Assembly: GCA_035493715.1 (NCBI GenBank)
Contig: DATJHU010000050.1
Span: forward strand, 2,481-66,480
Length of the DNA: 64,000 nucleotides
Reading direction: 5' to 3'
Source of the DNA: Alphaproteobacteria bacterium
Lineage (GTDB): Bacteria; Pseudomonadota; Alphaproteobacteria; BOG-932; Roseiterribacteraceae
Below are positions 43,301 to 53,614 of this stretch, one piece after another. Both the position numbers and the translations under genes were made by a program. Every line of letters begins with the position of its first letter. The first letter of the stretch is position 1. The notes below the pieces were generated by a model, which saw only the letters and a list, made by a program, of their open reading frames with translations, was not told the DNA's origin and searched no databases.

Positions 43301-45064
43301 CGCGCCGACCTGACGCTGACGCTGAACAATATCGACGGGCCGCGCGGCGAATACCGGATCAAGCTGAGCGCCGACGGCCAGGTCGCGTTGCAGGGCGACA
43401 GCGAACTCGTCGTCAACCTGGCCGAGCATGAGCAGCGCGCCCAGCCGGTGACGATCCAGGCCAAGGACCAGGGCGAGGGGACTGTCACCCTATCGGTCAC
43501 CGGGCCGAACGGCATAGCGTTCGAGCGCCGCCTGAACGTCGCGGTCAGCGCAGCCACCGCACGCATCGTCCGGCATGCACAGCTGACGTTGAAGCCCGGT
43601 GCCACCCTGACGGTCGACCCTGCGCTCACCGCCGGGCTGCGGCCGGAGAGCATCGTCAGCCAGACGACGTTCGGCGCCGGAATCGATTTCGATCTGAACG
43701 GGCTGGCTGCCGACCTGACGGGGCACGCTCTTTTTTCGGCCGGACAAATCATCGGCGAAGCGACGGTCTGGCTTTCGCCCGCGAGCGTGCTTGCGAACCT
43801 TGGGCTGAAAGACGACCCGCAAGCCAGGCTCACCGCGCTCGTCCGCGCGCTGGCGGCCTATCAGACGACGGACGGCGGTTTCTCGCGCTGGGGCGGCGGC
43901 GCCAGCGATCCATGGCTGACGGCCGAGATCGCCGACCTGCTGCAGCGCTGCAAGACCGCCGGCGTGGTCCTGCCCGACACGATGCTGGACCAGGCCATTG
44001 CCCGCCTGGCCGCGATTTTCGCCCCCTTGGCCACCGGCCCGATCGACGCCGTCACCGTACCGCCGGGCAGATTGGCAGAGGCCGCCTATGCCGCCCGCGT
44101 GCTGGCGGCCGGCGGGCAGATGAATTTGTTCCAGCTGCGTTATTTCAGCGACCGCCTGCAAGCCGAACTGCGCGATCCGCTGTCTGTCGGGCTGATCGCC
44201 TCGTCCTTCGCGATCCTGGGCGACAAGGCCTCCGCCACGGCCGGCTTCGCACGCGCCATGTCCCTCGCCGAATCCGGCGGAAGCGTGCGGCTGGAATTGG
44301 AAGGCCAGGCGGCGCTTACCGCGCTGATGATCGAAAGCGGCGCGGTGGCGCAACCGTCAACCGCCTCCTTCCTTGCCGGCCTGTCCGGGGCGGCGGGCAA
44401 CCGCCGCCAGTTCAGCACGGCCGAGGCCATGTGGCTGTTCCGGACCGTCGTGCCGCTCGTGGCATCCGCCGGTCCGGTGAAGGCCAAGATCGGCGACCTG
44501 ACATTGCAGCAGGATCACGCCCTATGGGGGTTTGTGAAAGGCACGCCGCCGATCAGGAACCTGGCCGACAAGCCGGCGCACATTTCGCTGACGGTGCTGG
44601 GCGACCCCGCCCAGGGCGAGGTCAGGGACCAGGGCTTCGAGCTGCAGCGCGCGTTCTTCGACACCAACGGCAAACCGGTCGATCCGGCCAATATCCGGCA
44701 GAACGATCTGCTCGTCGTGGTCCTGACCGGCCGCTTCACCGGGCAGGGCGACGCCAAGCCCTTGCTGGTCGACCCGCTGCCGGCCGGCTGGCGGATCGAG
44801 GCGGCCGATATCAAGGACGCCGCCAATCGCTATCCCTGGCTGAAGGATCTGGGTGGCGCAAGCTTCGCACGGGCCGACGACGGAAGGCTGGTCGCCATCC
44901 CCAACCTGACCGGCGAGCGGCACGAATTCAAAACCGCCTATGTCGTCCGCGCCACGGTTCGCGGGCAGTTCGCGCTGCCAGGGCCCACCATCCAGGACCT
45001 GGCGCAGCCGGCGCAATATGGCCGCGGCGCGGCCGGCAAGACCAAGGTCGATCCGGCGTCTTAG
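40361..45064 (+). CDS. Bacterial alpha-2-macroglobulin family protein (thioester motif absent)
   Basis: VSDLGL, DRSAYRPGETV, YRLEV, DNYGRLI, LPDFSGTLKLRAIAW, QTTDGGFSRWG, DPLPAGWRIE, AYVVRATVRGQF. Confidence 0.9.
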   Translation: MRAVFGVRIRHLLVLAPLLSLPAATGFGAQKAAEPVPPLEVRGYELAANQDQPTLCFTLSQTVARRPDAPLESFVSAEPSVKLAAIPRNNRLCLTGFAFGTGYNVSLKAGLPGVTSPLGKDWSHWIQVPNRPPEFDFAGPVDGVLPRAGNDGLPLRSVNVPKIDIDLFRIGEADVAGFSARQALNGGDIENRIGRGERIWHGTIEPKGQANRDTVTAIPVRQAIEGSKPGLYIATARETGAIVAPQSALPTQYFFVSDLGLVTYRGLDSLAVWVRSLATTNPAPGTEIALIGRDNRELARQRTDDNGFVRFEGDILRGAGGSEPTALYAYGQSGDFAALALDQGGQTGAEPVSAIIYPDRSAYRPGETVNILTLLRTAQGGAATRQPLTLTTLRPDGVVFDTRTLTDQGGGYSATIALPAAGASGRWRTEARVEGASDPVGQATFDVGPDMPSNLNPAVSADAAMLDPSQPANLAVQAQYADGQAAPSTPGTVSIKVAASAMPYPAFPAFTFGLSDEIVTPAVTDPVRFITDAAGKALLPVKFAVPALATRPLEAVVTAQLSDTGGRPVTHSMTIPVATQNLVLGVRPTPSAVFDDQTAHFELIALSPDGARQEKKGAGWEILRLDSAPSWQWDGTRFAFRPTMTGTHVDGGTIDIPGNGPATLDRKLPAGRYRLEVFDPEGEAISSVHFMVGWAPAEFGSKPDAVAVKPAKPVYRAGETAEFFVKPPYEADVTLVPADPRIVRGAAVQHIPAAGGTMRLDIPPDAGMAVQLLVTAIAPADPVAAGMTRRAFSSIPLAADPAERQLDVKLDLPAVAAPQTVLAVPVTVAAAPDEAVFVQLFATDVRGGAEETGNPLPPLAALIAKNAEAVTVSDNYGRLITASGLSNGTLGMPAADAPDRLDNTPQPPVHQPLAIATGIVALDKNGAGKLSLALPDFSGTLKLRAIAWSAGRTGQATATLPVHDPLSADLPLPARLAPDDRADLTLTLNNIDGPRGEYRIKLSADGQVALQGDSELVVNLAEHEQRAQPVTIQAKDQGEGTVTLSVTGPNGIAFERRLNVAVSAATARIVRHAQLTLKPGATLTVDPALTAGLRPESIVSQTTFGAGIDFDLNGLAADLTGHALFSAGQIIGEATVWLSPASVLANLGLKDDPQARLTALVRALAAYQTTDGGFSRWGGGASDPWLTAEIADLLQRCKTAGVVLPDTMLDQAIARLAAIFAPLATGPIDAVTVPPGRLAEAAYAARVLAAGGQMNLFQLRYFSDRLQAELRDPLSVGLIASSFAILGDKASATAGFARAMSLAESGGSVRLELEGQAALTALMIESGAVAQPSTASFLAGLSGAAGNRRQFSTAEAMWLFRTVVPLVASAGPVKAKIGDLTLQQDHALWGFVKGTPPIRNLADKPAHISLTVLGDPAQGEVRDQGFELQRAFFDTNGKPVDPANIRQNDLLVVVLTGRFTGQGDAKPLLVDPLPAGWRIEAADIKDAANRYPWLKDLGGASFARADDGRLVAIPNLTGERHEFKTAYVVRATVRGQFALPGPTIQDLAQPAQYGRGAAGKTKVDPAS

Positions 45065-46077
45065 GTCGCGCTGTCCCGCAACGCGCGCACCATCCGGACC
45101 GCCTGCATCGTCTCCGGCACGTCGTGCACGCGCAGGATCTGTGCGCCCTGCCCCATCGCCGCCAGCCCGGCGGCGAGCGATCCGCCCAGCCGCCTATCGG
45201 CGGGCTCCCCCGCTGACAGCCGGCCGATGAAACCCTTGCGCGATACGCCGACCAGCAACGGAACGCCAAGCCCGTGGAAGAGCGCGAGCTGGTCGAGCAG
45301 CGTCAGATTGTGGGCCACGGTCTTGCCGAAGCCGATGCCGGGGTCGAGTAAGATGCGGGATCGGTCGATCCCGCCCGCTTCAGCCGCCGCGATCCGGGCC
45401 GCGAGATAGTCGTAAACATCGAGCGCGACGTCGTCATAGGCAGGGTCGCGCTGCATGGTCGCGGGATCGCCCAGCATGTGCATCAGCACGACGGGAACAT
45501 CCGAATCCGCGGCCACCGCGATCGATTCGGGATCGTGGGTCAGCGCGCTGACGTCGTTGATCATGGCCGCCCCGGCCTCCAGCGCGGCATAGAGGGTGCG
45601 AGCGTTGCGGCTGTCGATCGAGACGGTGACACCGGCCGCCGCGAGGCCACGGATGACCGGAACCACCCTGGCGGCCTCGGCGGTGGGATCGACCGGCGCG
45701 GCGCCGGGGCGGGTCGATTCACCGCCGACATCGACGATGCCGGCGCCCGCGCCGACCAGCGCCAGCCCGTGCGCGATCGCCCGGTCCGCGTCGTGATAGG
45801 CACCGCCGTCGGAGAAGCTGTCGGGCGTCACGTTGACGATGCCCATGACGACCGGCGCATCCCGGTACCGGGCGCGGGCGGCGGTATGGCCGGCCAGTTC
45901 TGCCGCGATATCGGCGGCGGGCACGATCTCGCGGCGGATGCCGTCGCCGCGCTCGACGACCTCGACCAGCGAAAAGGCCAGCGGCCCGCCGGCCAGCGGC
46001 AAGGCCATCCGCTTATCGACCGCACGCCGCGCGGCGGCGCCGGACAGGATGCCAAGCGGCCTCAGATAGCGGTTCAC
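45061..46077 (-). CDS. folP: Dihydropteroate synthase
   Basis: MGIVNVTPDSFSDGG, DVGGESTRPG, DPGIGFGK, GVSRK, LRVHDV. Confidence 0.97.
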   Translation of the reverse strand: MNRYLRPLGILSGAAARRAVDKRMALPLAGGPLAFSLVEVVERGDGIRREIVPAADIAAELAGHTAARARYRDAPVVMGIVNVTPDSFSDGGAYHDADRAIAHGLALVGAGAGIVDVGGESTRPGAAPVDPTAEAARVVPVIRGLAAAGVTVSIDSRNARTLYAALEAGAAMINDVSALTHDPESIAVAADSDVPVVLMHMLGDPATMQRDPAYDDVALDVYDYLAARIAAAEAGGIDRSRILLDPGIGFGKTVAHNLTLLDQLALFHGLGVPLLVGVSRKGFIGRLSAGEPADRRLGGSLAAGLAAMGQGAQILRVHDVPETMQAVRMVRALRDSAT

Positions 46078-46568
46078 AGTCTTTCGGTCCCGGAGGGTTT
46101 GGGCAGCGCCTCGACCAAGTCGTGGATCGCGGCACCGGTGGCAGGGTGTCGCCAATCGGGGGCGACATCCATCAACGGCAGCAGCACGAAGGCGCGGTCG
46201 GCCAGGCGTGGATGCGGCAGGATCGGCGCTTGCCCATCCGCCGATACCCGCCCGTCGTAATCGACGATATCCAGGTCGAGCGTCCTCGGCGCGTTGGCCT
46301 GGCGGCGCTCGCGCCCGAATTCCGCCTCGACGGCGTGCAGTCTGGCCAGCAGCGCGTCGGGCGGAAGCGACGTTTCGACCCGAACCGCCGCATTCACGAA
46401 TTCAGGATCGGACGGGTCCGGCCAGGCCGTGCTGCGATAGAGCGGCGAACGCGCGGCGACCCGGATTCCGTCACCGTCGAGCGCCGCCATCGCCGCCTCG
46501 ACAGCGGCCCCTGGGCTGGCGAAACGCCCCGCCAGATTCGATCCGAGTGCGACGATTGCAAAAACCAC
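46074..46568 (-). CDS. folK: 2-amino-4-hydroxy-6-hydroxymethyldihydropteridine diphosphokinase
   Basis: ALGSNL, FVNAA, PRTLDLDI, LPHPRLADRAFVL. Confidence 0.96.
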   Translation of the reverse strand: MVFAIVALGSNLAGRFASPGAAVEAAMAALDGDGIRVAARSPLYRSTAWPDPSDPEFVNAAVRVETSLPPDALLARLHAVEAEFGRERRQANAPRTLDLDIVDYDGRVSADGQAPILPHPRLADRAFVLLPLMDVAPDWRHPATGAAIHDLVEALPKPSGTERL

Positions 46569-46665
46569 GCGAGGAGCCCTTGAAACTCTTCATATGATGA
46601 ATAGTTAACTTAATGAAACACTCTGATCCACAGTGGATCGGAAAGTTCCAACGATGGAGTTCACG

Positions 46666-46773
46666 ATGACCGACACAGTTTGCACCGAGCTGACCGCGCT
46701 GGCCAAGGCGACGCTGTTCCCGGCTCTGTACCTGGTATTTTTTGCCTGGTCCGTCACCCTGCTGGGTGCGTAA
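46666..46773 (+). CDS. Putative 35-aa membrane peptide
   Basis: GGAG RBS; MTDTVCTELTALAKATLFPALYLVFFAWSVTLLGA; AT-rich upstream region. Confidence 0.4.
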   Translation: MTDTVCTELTALAKATLFPALYLVFFAWSVTLLGA

Positions 46774-46804
46774 TGCGCATGTCCGTAGCCTGACGCGACG
46801 GGGC

Positions 46805-47657
<853 letters not shown>

Positions 47658-47665
<8 letters not shown>

Positions 47666-50315
47666 GATCTTCGATTGCCTTTCGGATTGCGGCGAGAGCC
47701 TCGCCGGCCTTGGCGCCGTCGGGACCGCCGGCCTGGGCCATGTCGGGCCGTCCGCCGCCGCCCTTGCCGCCCGCCGCCTCCGAGCCGACGCGGACCAGAT
47801 CCACGGCGTTCAGGCGGCCGATCAGATCGGCGGTGACGCCGACGACGATGCCGAGCTTGCCCTCGGGCGAGGCCGAAGCCACGGCGATAACGCCGCTGCC
47901 CAATTTCTTCTTCTGTTCATCGACCAGCGACTTCAGATCGCCCGGCGCCATGCCCGGCGCCTCGACCGCCTGGAATTGAACCTCGCCGATCATCACCGGC
48001 GCCGGCCCGGCGCCCGCACCGCCGCCGGACGCGAGCTTGCGACGCAGATCCGCGACCTCCCGCTCCAGCCGCTTGCGTTCCTCGACCAACGAATGGACCC
48101 GCGCCGGAACGTCGGCCTGCGGCACGCGCAGTTCCGCCGCCGCTGCGTCCAGCCAATCCTCGCGCTGGCGCATATAGTCGATGGCCGCCTGCCCGGTCAG
48201 CGCCTCGATGCGGCGCACGCCCGCCGACACCGCGCCCTGATCGACGATCTTCAAGACGCCGATATCGCCGGTGTTGGCGACATGGGTGCCGCCGCACAGT
48301 TCGACCGAATAGGGGAATTCCTCGCCGGGCAACGTGCCGCCCATCGACAGGACCCGGACCTCGTCGCCGTATTTCTCGCCGAACATGGCGATGGCGCCAC
48401 TGGCCACTGCCTCGTCCTGGCTCATCAGCCGTGTCTCGACCGGCGCGTTGGCGCGAATGCGGTCGTTGACCGCCGCCTCGACCGCCGTGAGGTCGGCCTC
48501 GGGGATCGGCACCGGCTGCGAGATGTCGAAGCGCAGCCTGTCGGGCGTGACCAGCGAGCCCTTCTGGGCAACATGGTTGCCCAAGCGGCGGCGCAGGGCA
48601 TTGTGCAGCAGATGGGTCGCCGAATGGTTGGCCCGGATCGCGGACCGGCGCGCATGGTCGACATCGAGCTTCACCGCGTCGCCGACCGCGATCTCGCCCA
48701 CGTCGATCGTCGCCTCATGGACGAACAAAGCGCCGAGCTTCTTCTGCGTGTCGGTGACCGTCGCCTTGCCCTTGGCCCCTGTGACGATGCCGGTGTCGCC
48801 GACCTGGCCGCCGGATTCGCCATAGAACGGGGTCTGGTTGACGATGATCTGGGCCTTCTGGCCGACGGAGGCTGACTGCGCCTCCTTACCGTCCGCCACA
48901 ATCGCCACGACCTGGGCTTCCGCCGTCTCCGTGTCGTAGCCCAGGAATTCGGTGGCGCCCAGGCGGTCGCGCAGTTCGAACCAGAGCTGCTCGGTCGCCG
49001 CCTCGCCGGACCCGGCCCAGGCGCGGCGCGCGTCGGCCCGCTGTTTCGCCATCGCCAGTTCGAAGCCGGCATTGTCGACCGTCTTGCCCTGGCCGCGCAG
49101 CACGTCGGCCGTGAGGTCGAGCGGGAAGCCGTATGTGTCGTAAAGCTTGAACGCGACGTCGCCCGGCAGCGTGCCGCCTTCGCCCAGGCGACCGGTCTCC
49201 TCGTCCAGCAGCTTCAGGCCGCGGTCGAGCGTCGCCTGGAACCGCCGCTCCTCGAGCCGCAGCGTCTCGGTCATCAGCCCCTCGGCGCGGACCAGCTCGG
49301 GGTAGGCCTGGCCCATCTGGCCCACCAGCGCCGGGACCAGCCGGGCGAGCAATGGCTCGCGGGCGCCCAGGATATGCGCATGGCGCATCGCGCGGCGCAT
49401 GATCCGGCGCAGCACATAGCCGCGTCCCTCGTTCGACGGCATGACGCAGTCGGCGATCAGGAACGAGGTCGAGCGCAGATGGTCCGCGATCACCCGGTGC
49501 GAAACCTTGTGCGGCCCGTCGGGATCGGTGTTGGTGGCGTCGGCCGAGGCGACGATCAGCGCGCGCATCAGGTCGATATCGTAATTGTCGTGCTTGCCCT
49601 GCAGCACCGCCGCCAGCCGCTCCAGCCCCATGCCGGTGTCGATCGACGGGCGCGGCAGGTCGACCCGGTGGTCCGGCGTCACCTGCTCATACTGCATGAA
49701 GACCAGGTTCCAGATCTCGATGAACCGGTCGCCGTCCTGGTCGGCCGATCCGGGCGGACCGCCGGGGATCTTGTCGCCGTGGTCGAAGAAGATTTCCGTG
49801 CAAGGCCCGCACGGGCCGGTGTCGCCCATGCGCCAGAAATTGTCGGCCGTCGGAATGCGGATGATGCGGCTTTCCGGCAGGCCGGCGATCTTCTTCCACA
49901 GGTCGAAGGCGACGTCGTCCTCGGAGAAGACGGTGACGGTCAGCTTGTCGGCGGGCAAGCCGAAATCCCCGGTGATCAGCTTCCAGGCGAACTCGATCGC
50001 CTCCGGCTTGAAATAGTCGCCGAACGAGAAGTTGCCGAGCATCTCGAAGAAGGTGTGGTGCCGGGCGGTGTAGCCGACATTCTCCAGGTCGTTGTGCTTG
50101 CCGCCCGCGCGCACGCATTTCTGCGCGGTTGTCGCGCGGGTGAAGGGCTGCTGCTCTGCGCCGGTGAAAACGTTCTTGAACTGCACCATGCCCGAATTGG
50201 TGAACATGAGCGTCGGATCGTTGCGCGGCACGAGCGGGCTCGAGGCCACGGCGGCGTGGCCGTTGCGCACGAAGAAATCCAGGAAGGTGCGGCGGATATC
50301 GCTGGCTGTAATCAT
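47658..50315 (-). CDS. alaS: Alanine--tRNA ligase
   Basis: [60 protein letters not shown]. Confidence 0.99.
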
Positions 50316-50618
50316 GAGACTTCAGATGGACCCGCTGAACAGAGGCGGCAAGCACCCGGTTCTAACGGAAAGGGCCGCGAAATGTCCACCTGACGGCAGG
50401 AAAAGGCCCCGCTGTCCTTTCGGGCGCGCGGGGCCAAGTCTGGGAGGAAACGCCGATAAGGCGTCGATCGGCGGAGGGAACGCCGATCCCGGCAAGGGAT
50501 GCAGTCGCCGGAAACAAGATGGATTTACCGCGTAGTTGATGGAGATTCTTGTCGGCGGCCCCGCGATTTGCCGAAATCGCTTGTCGGCTGTGCGCCCATG
50601 CGTCGATATGATCTCCCC

Positions 50619-50759
50619 ATGTTGAACTGGTTGGTCACTGTCGCCTTCACGCTGACGCTGTTCGAAGCGGCCGCCTTCGCGCTCCACTGGAGTCCGCTGA
50701 TCGCCGGCGGCTTCGGCTTTTCGATCGGCTCGGCGCTGGGGCTGATGTTCTCGCGCTAG
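50619..50759 (+). CDS. Putative small two-helix membrane protein
   Basis: MLNWLVTVAFTLTLFEAAAFALHWSPLIAGGFGFSIGSALGLMFSR. Confidence 0.4.
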   Translation: MLNWLVTVAFTLTLFEAAAFALHWSPLIAGGFGFSIGSALGLMFSR

Positions 50760-51277
50760 CGCCGATCCTCGAAGGGATCGAGGGTCGCAACATCGAGTTT
50801 CTTGAAATCGCGCACGTTGCGGGTCACGACGACGAGCTTGTGGGCGATGACCGTCGCGGCGATCATTGCGTCCTCAGCGAGGGTTTTCGAACGCCGGTGC
50901 ATCAAGCGCGCCCAATTGCGAAACGCGGCCGCGTCCATTGGCAAGACATTGAAAGTGCCGGCGATCTGGTCGACCCAGCCTCGATGTCGTCCGCCTTCTC
51001 CGGATCTTGTGCACGCGTCAACTCGACGCCCGCTTGCAACGCGCCGATCGTAACCGCCGAGATGAACAGGTCGGAATCCGGAACCTGCCGAAGCCAAGCG
51101 ACCACCGCGCCGTGAGGCTTGGCGCGCCGTCTGCTGAAGCCGCCGCCATTCCGCCACCGGCACCATCACGACCGCTTCGGCACCACGTTTGGTCACGATC
51201 TGCGGCCCTTCCCGCAAGCATGTTTCCAACAGTTCACTGAAGCGGGCTTTCGCGTCCTGAACAGGCCAGAATGTCAT
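50756..51277 (-). pseudogene. Decayed Phd/VapC toxin-antitoxin module (internal deletion plus frameshift)
   Basis: Phd N-terminus WPVQDAKARFSELL...VTKRG runs straight into PIN remnants in two frames (VVAWL...ISAVTIG; DAMIAAT...VTRNVRDF); PIN start LDTN is missing. Confidence 0.8.
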
Positions 51278-51339
51278 CACCACCTCCAAACTAGTCAGAT
51301 AACTAGTCTGTCCTGATGTTGGTTTTAAGCAAAGATCGC

Positions 51340-52827
51340 CTAAAACCGCTCCAGTTCCGGGAACGGCACTTTGCCGCCATGCACATGCATGCGCCCACCC
51401 TCGGCGCAGCGATGCAGCTTGGGGAAGACCTTGCCGGGATTGAGCAGGGTGCCGGGATCGAAGGCGCACTTGACCGCCTGCTGGCGCGCCAGGTCCGGTT
51501 CTTCGAACTGATATTCCATAAGGTCGCGCTTCTCGACACCGACCCCATGCTCGCCGGTCAGCACGCCGCCGACATCGACGCAGAGCCGCAGGATATCCGC
51601 GCCGAAAGCCTCCGCGCGTTCGATCTCCCCATCGCGGTTCGCGTCGTAGAGGATCAGCGGGTGCAGGTTGCCGTCGCCGGCATGGAAGACATTGACCACG
51701 CCCAGCCCATGCACCTTGGACAGGCGGCGGATCTCGCCGAGCACGCGGCTCAGCTGGTGGCGCGGGATGGTGCCGTCCATGCAGTAATAATCAGGCGCCA
51801 GGCGCGAGGTCGCCGGGAAGGCGGCCTTCCGTCCGGCCCAGAACAGCAGCCGTTCCGCCTCCGAAGTGCTGACGCGGACACTGACCGCGCCGCAGCCCCT
51901 GGCGATCTCCTCGACCATACCCAGCAGATGGTCGATCTCGGCATGCGGCCCGTCGAGCTCGACAATTAAGAGCGCCTCGACATCCAGCGGATAGCCGGCA
52001 TGGACGAATTCCTCCACCGCCGCGACCGACGGCTTGTCCATCATCTCCATGCCTGCCGGGATGATGCCGGCGGCGATGATCCTGGCCACGCAGTCGCCCG
52101 CCGACTCTTCCGCCCCGAAGCCGATCAGCGCCGCGCGCGCCCCCGGCGGCTTGGGCAGGATGCGCACGGTGACCTCGGTCACGATGCCAAGCATGCCCTC
52201 CGAGCCGACCACGACACCCAGCAGGTCGTACCCGTCGGGGTCGAGATGCTTGCCGCCCAGGCGGACGACTTCGCCCGACATCAGCACCATCTCCACCCCC
52301 AGTACATTGTTGGTGGTGAGGCCGTATTTGAGGCAATGCACGCCGCCCGAATTCTCACCCACATTGCCGCCGATCGAACAGGCGATCTGGCTGGACGGAT
52401 CGGGCGCGTAATAGAAGCCGGCGGCGGAGACGGCGTGGGTCAGCCCAAGATTGGTGACACCGGGCTGCGCCGTCACGGTGCGGTTGGCGTAGTCGATGTC
52501 CAGGATGCGGTTGAACTTACCCATACCGACGACAACCGAATCCGCCAGCGGCAGCGCGCCGCCCGACAGCGAGGTGCCGGACCCGCGCGGCACGACCTTC
52601 ACACCCATCGACGCGCAAAGCTTGAGGACGGCCGACACCTCCTCGGTGTTGCGCGGCAGGACCACCGCCACCGGCCGCTGGCGATAGGCGGTGAGCGCGT
52701 CGCTTTCATAGGCGCGCAGCGCGTCGGCGGCATGGATCACGCCCTCGCCCGGCACGATGACCTTCAGCGCGGCGACGATGGCCGCCTTGCGTGCCAGGAT
52801 CGCCTGGTCCGGCTCGGGCATCAGCAC
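51340..52827 (-). CDS. glcD: Glycolate oxidase subunit GlcD (FAD-linked oxidase)
   Basis: PRGSGTSLSGG, YAPDPSSQIACSIGGNVGENSGGVHCLKYG, HAGDGNLHP, GEHGVG, LNPGK. Confidence 0.93.
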   Translation of the reverse strand: MLMPEPDQAILARKAAIVAALKVIVPGEGVIHAADALRAYESDALTAYRQRPVAVVLPRNTEEVSAVLKLCASMGVKVVPRGSGTSLSGGALPLADSVVVGMGKFNRILDIDYANRTVTAQPGVTNLGLTHAVSAAGFYYAPDPSSQIACSIGGNVGENSGGVHCLKYGLTTNNVLGVEMVLMSGEVVRLGGKHLDPDGYDLLGVVVGSEGMLGIVTEVTVRILPKPPGARAALIGFGAEESAGDCVARIIAAGIIPAGMEMMDKPSVAAVEEFVHAGYPLDVEALLIVELDGPHAEIDHLLGMVEEIARGCGAVSVRVSTSEAERLLFWAGRKAAFPATSRLAPDYYCMDGTIPRHQLSRVLGEIRRLSKVHGLGVVNVFHAGDGNLHPLILYDANRDGEIERAEAFGADILRLCVDVGGVLTGEHGVGVEKRDLMEYQFEEPDLARQQAVKCAFDPGTLLNPGKVFPKLHRCAEGGRMHVHGGKVPFPELERF

Positions 52828-52831
52828 GGCA

Positions 52832-53614
52832 TTACCCCAATCTTCCCTTCAGCAGCCCCATCACCGCGTCGTCCGTCCGGTCGGGCCGCAGCGGCGTCAC
52901 CGACACGGCCTTTTCGCGCAGCGCCTGAATGTCGCTATCGGCTGCCTGATGGCCGCCGGCGCGGTCGAAATTCAGCCAGTAATACGGTTTGCCGCGCAGA
53001 TCCGTACGGGAATCGATGCCGATGGCGCGGATCGAGCGGGCGCCCTGGCGCGTCGGGCGGATGCCGGTCACGGCACCCGGCGCCACCGCCGGGAAATTGA
53101 CGTTCAGGCACATGTCGCGCGGCAAGGACTCGGCCAGAAGCCGTTCGAGAACATTCGCGCCGTGCGTGCGGGCGGTATCCCAATGAACGGGATCGGTCTT
53201 GCGGAAAGCCTGGCTCAACGCGACCGCGGGGATGCCGCAGAGGAGCGCGGTCATGGCGCCCGACACCGTACCGGAATAGGCGATGTCGTCGGCCAGGTTC
53301 GCGCCCTTGTTGACGCCGCTGATCACCAGATCGGGCAACTTGTCCTTCATGATCAGCCGGACGGCCATGACGATGCAGTCGCTGGGCGTGCCGATGACGG
53401 CGAACCGACGGCCCCCGCGCGGTACGACGCGCACCGGAAGCTGCAGCGACAAAGCATGCGACATGCCGCTCTGGTCCGCCTGTGGCGCCACCACCCAGAC
53501 CTCGTCGGCGAAGCGGGACGCGATCTCCTCGGACACCTTGATCCCTTCGGCGTCGATCCCGTCGTCATTGACCAGAAGGATGCGCGACAGGCGCTTAGGC
53601 GAAGATGCGGTCAT
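52832..53614 (-). CDS. surE: 5'/3'-nucleotidase SurE
   Basis: RILLVNDDGI, VVAP...QSG, GTPSDC, SGVNKGAN, YSGT, SVTPL. Confidence 0.93.
   Translation of the reverse strand: MTASSPKRLSRILLVNDDGIDAEGIKVSEEIASRFADEVWVVAPQADQSGMSHALSLQLPVRVVPRGGRRFAVIGTPSDCIVMAVRLIMKDKLPDLVISGVNKGANLADDIAYSGTVSGAMTALLCGIPAVALSQAFRKTDPVHWDTARTHGANVLERLLAESLPRDMCLNVNFPAVAPGAVTGIRPTRQGARSIRAIGIDSRTDLRGKPYYWLNFDRAGGHQAADSDIQALREKAVSVTPLRPDRTDDAVMGLLKGRLG

Noticed and set aside
41537-43429. 630-aa - strand ORF inside the A2M gene
   Set aside because: Antisense shadow with no domain motifs
46605-46614. TTAACTTAA as a CtrA box
   Set aside because: Spacing does not match TTAA-N7-TTAA
50440-50490. Short direct repeat GGAGGRAACGCCGAT upstream of alaS
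   Set aside because: Only two imperfect copies; no recognisable RNA family or array
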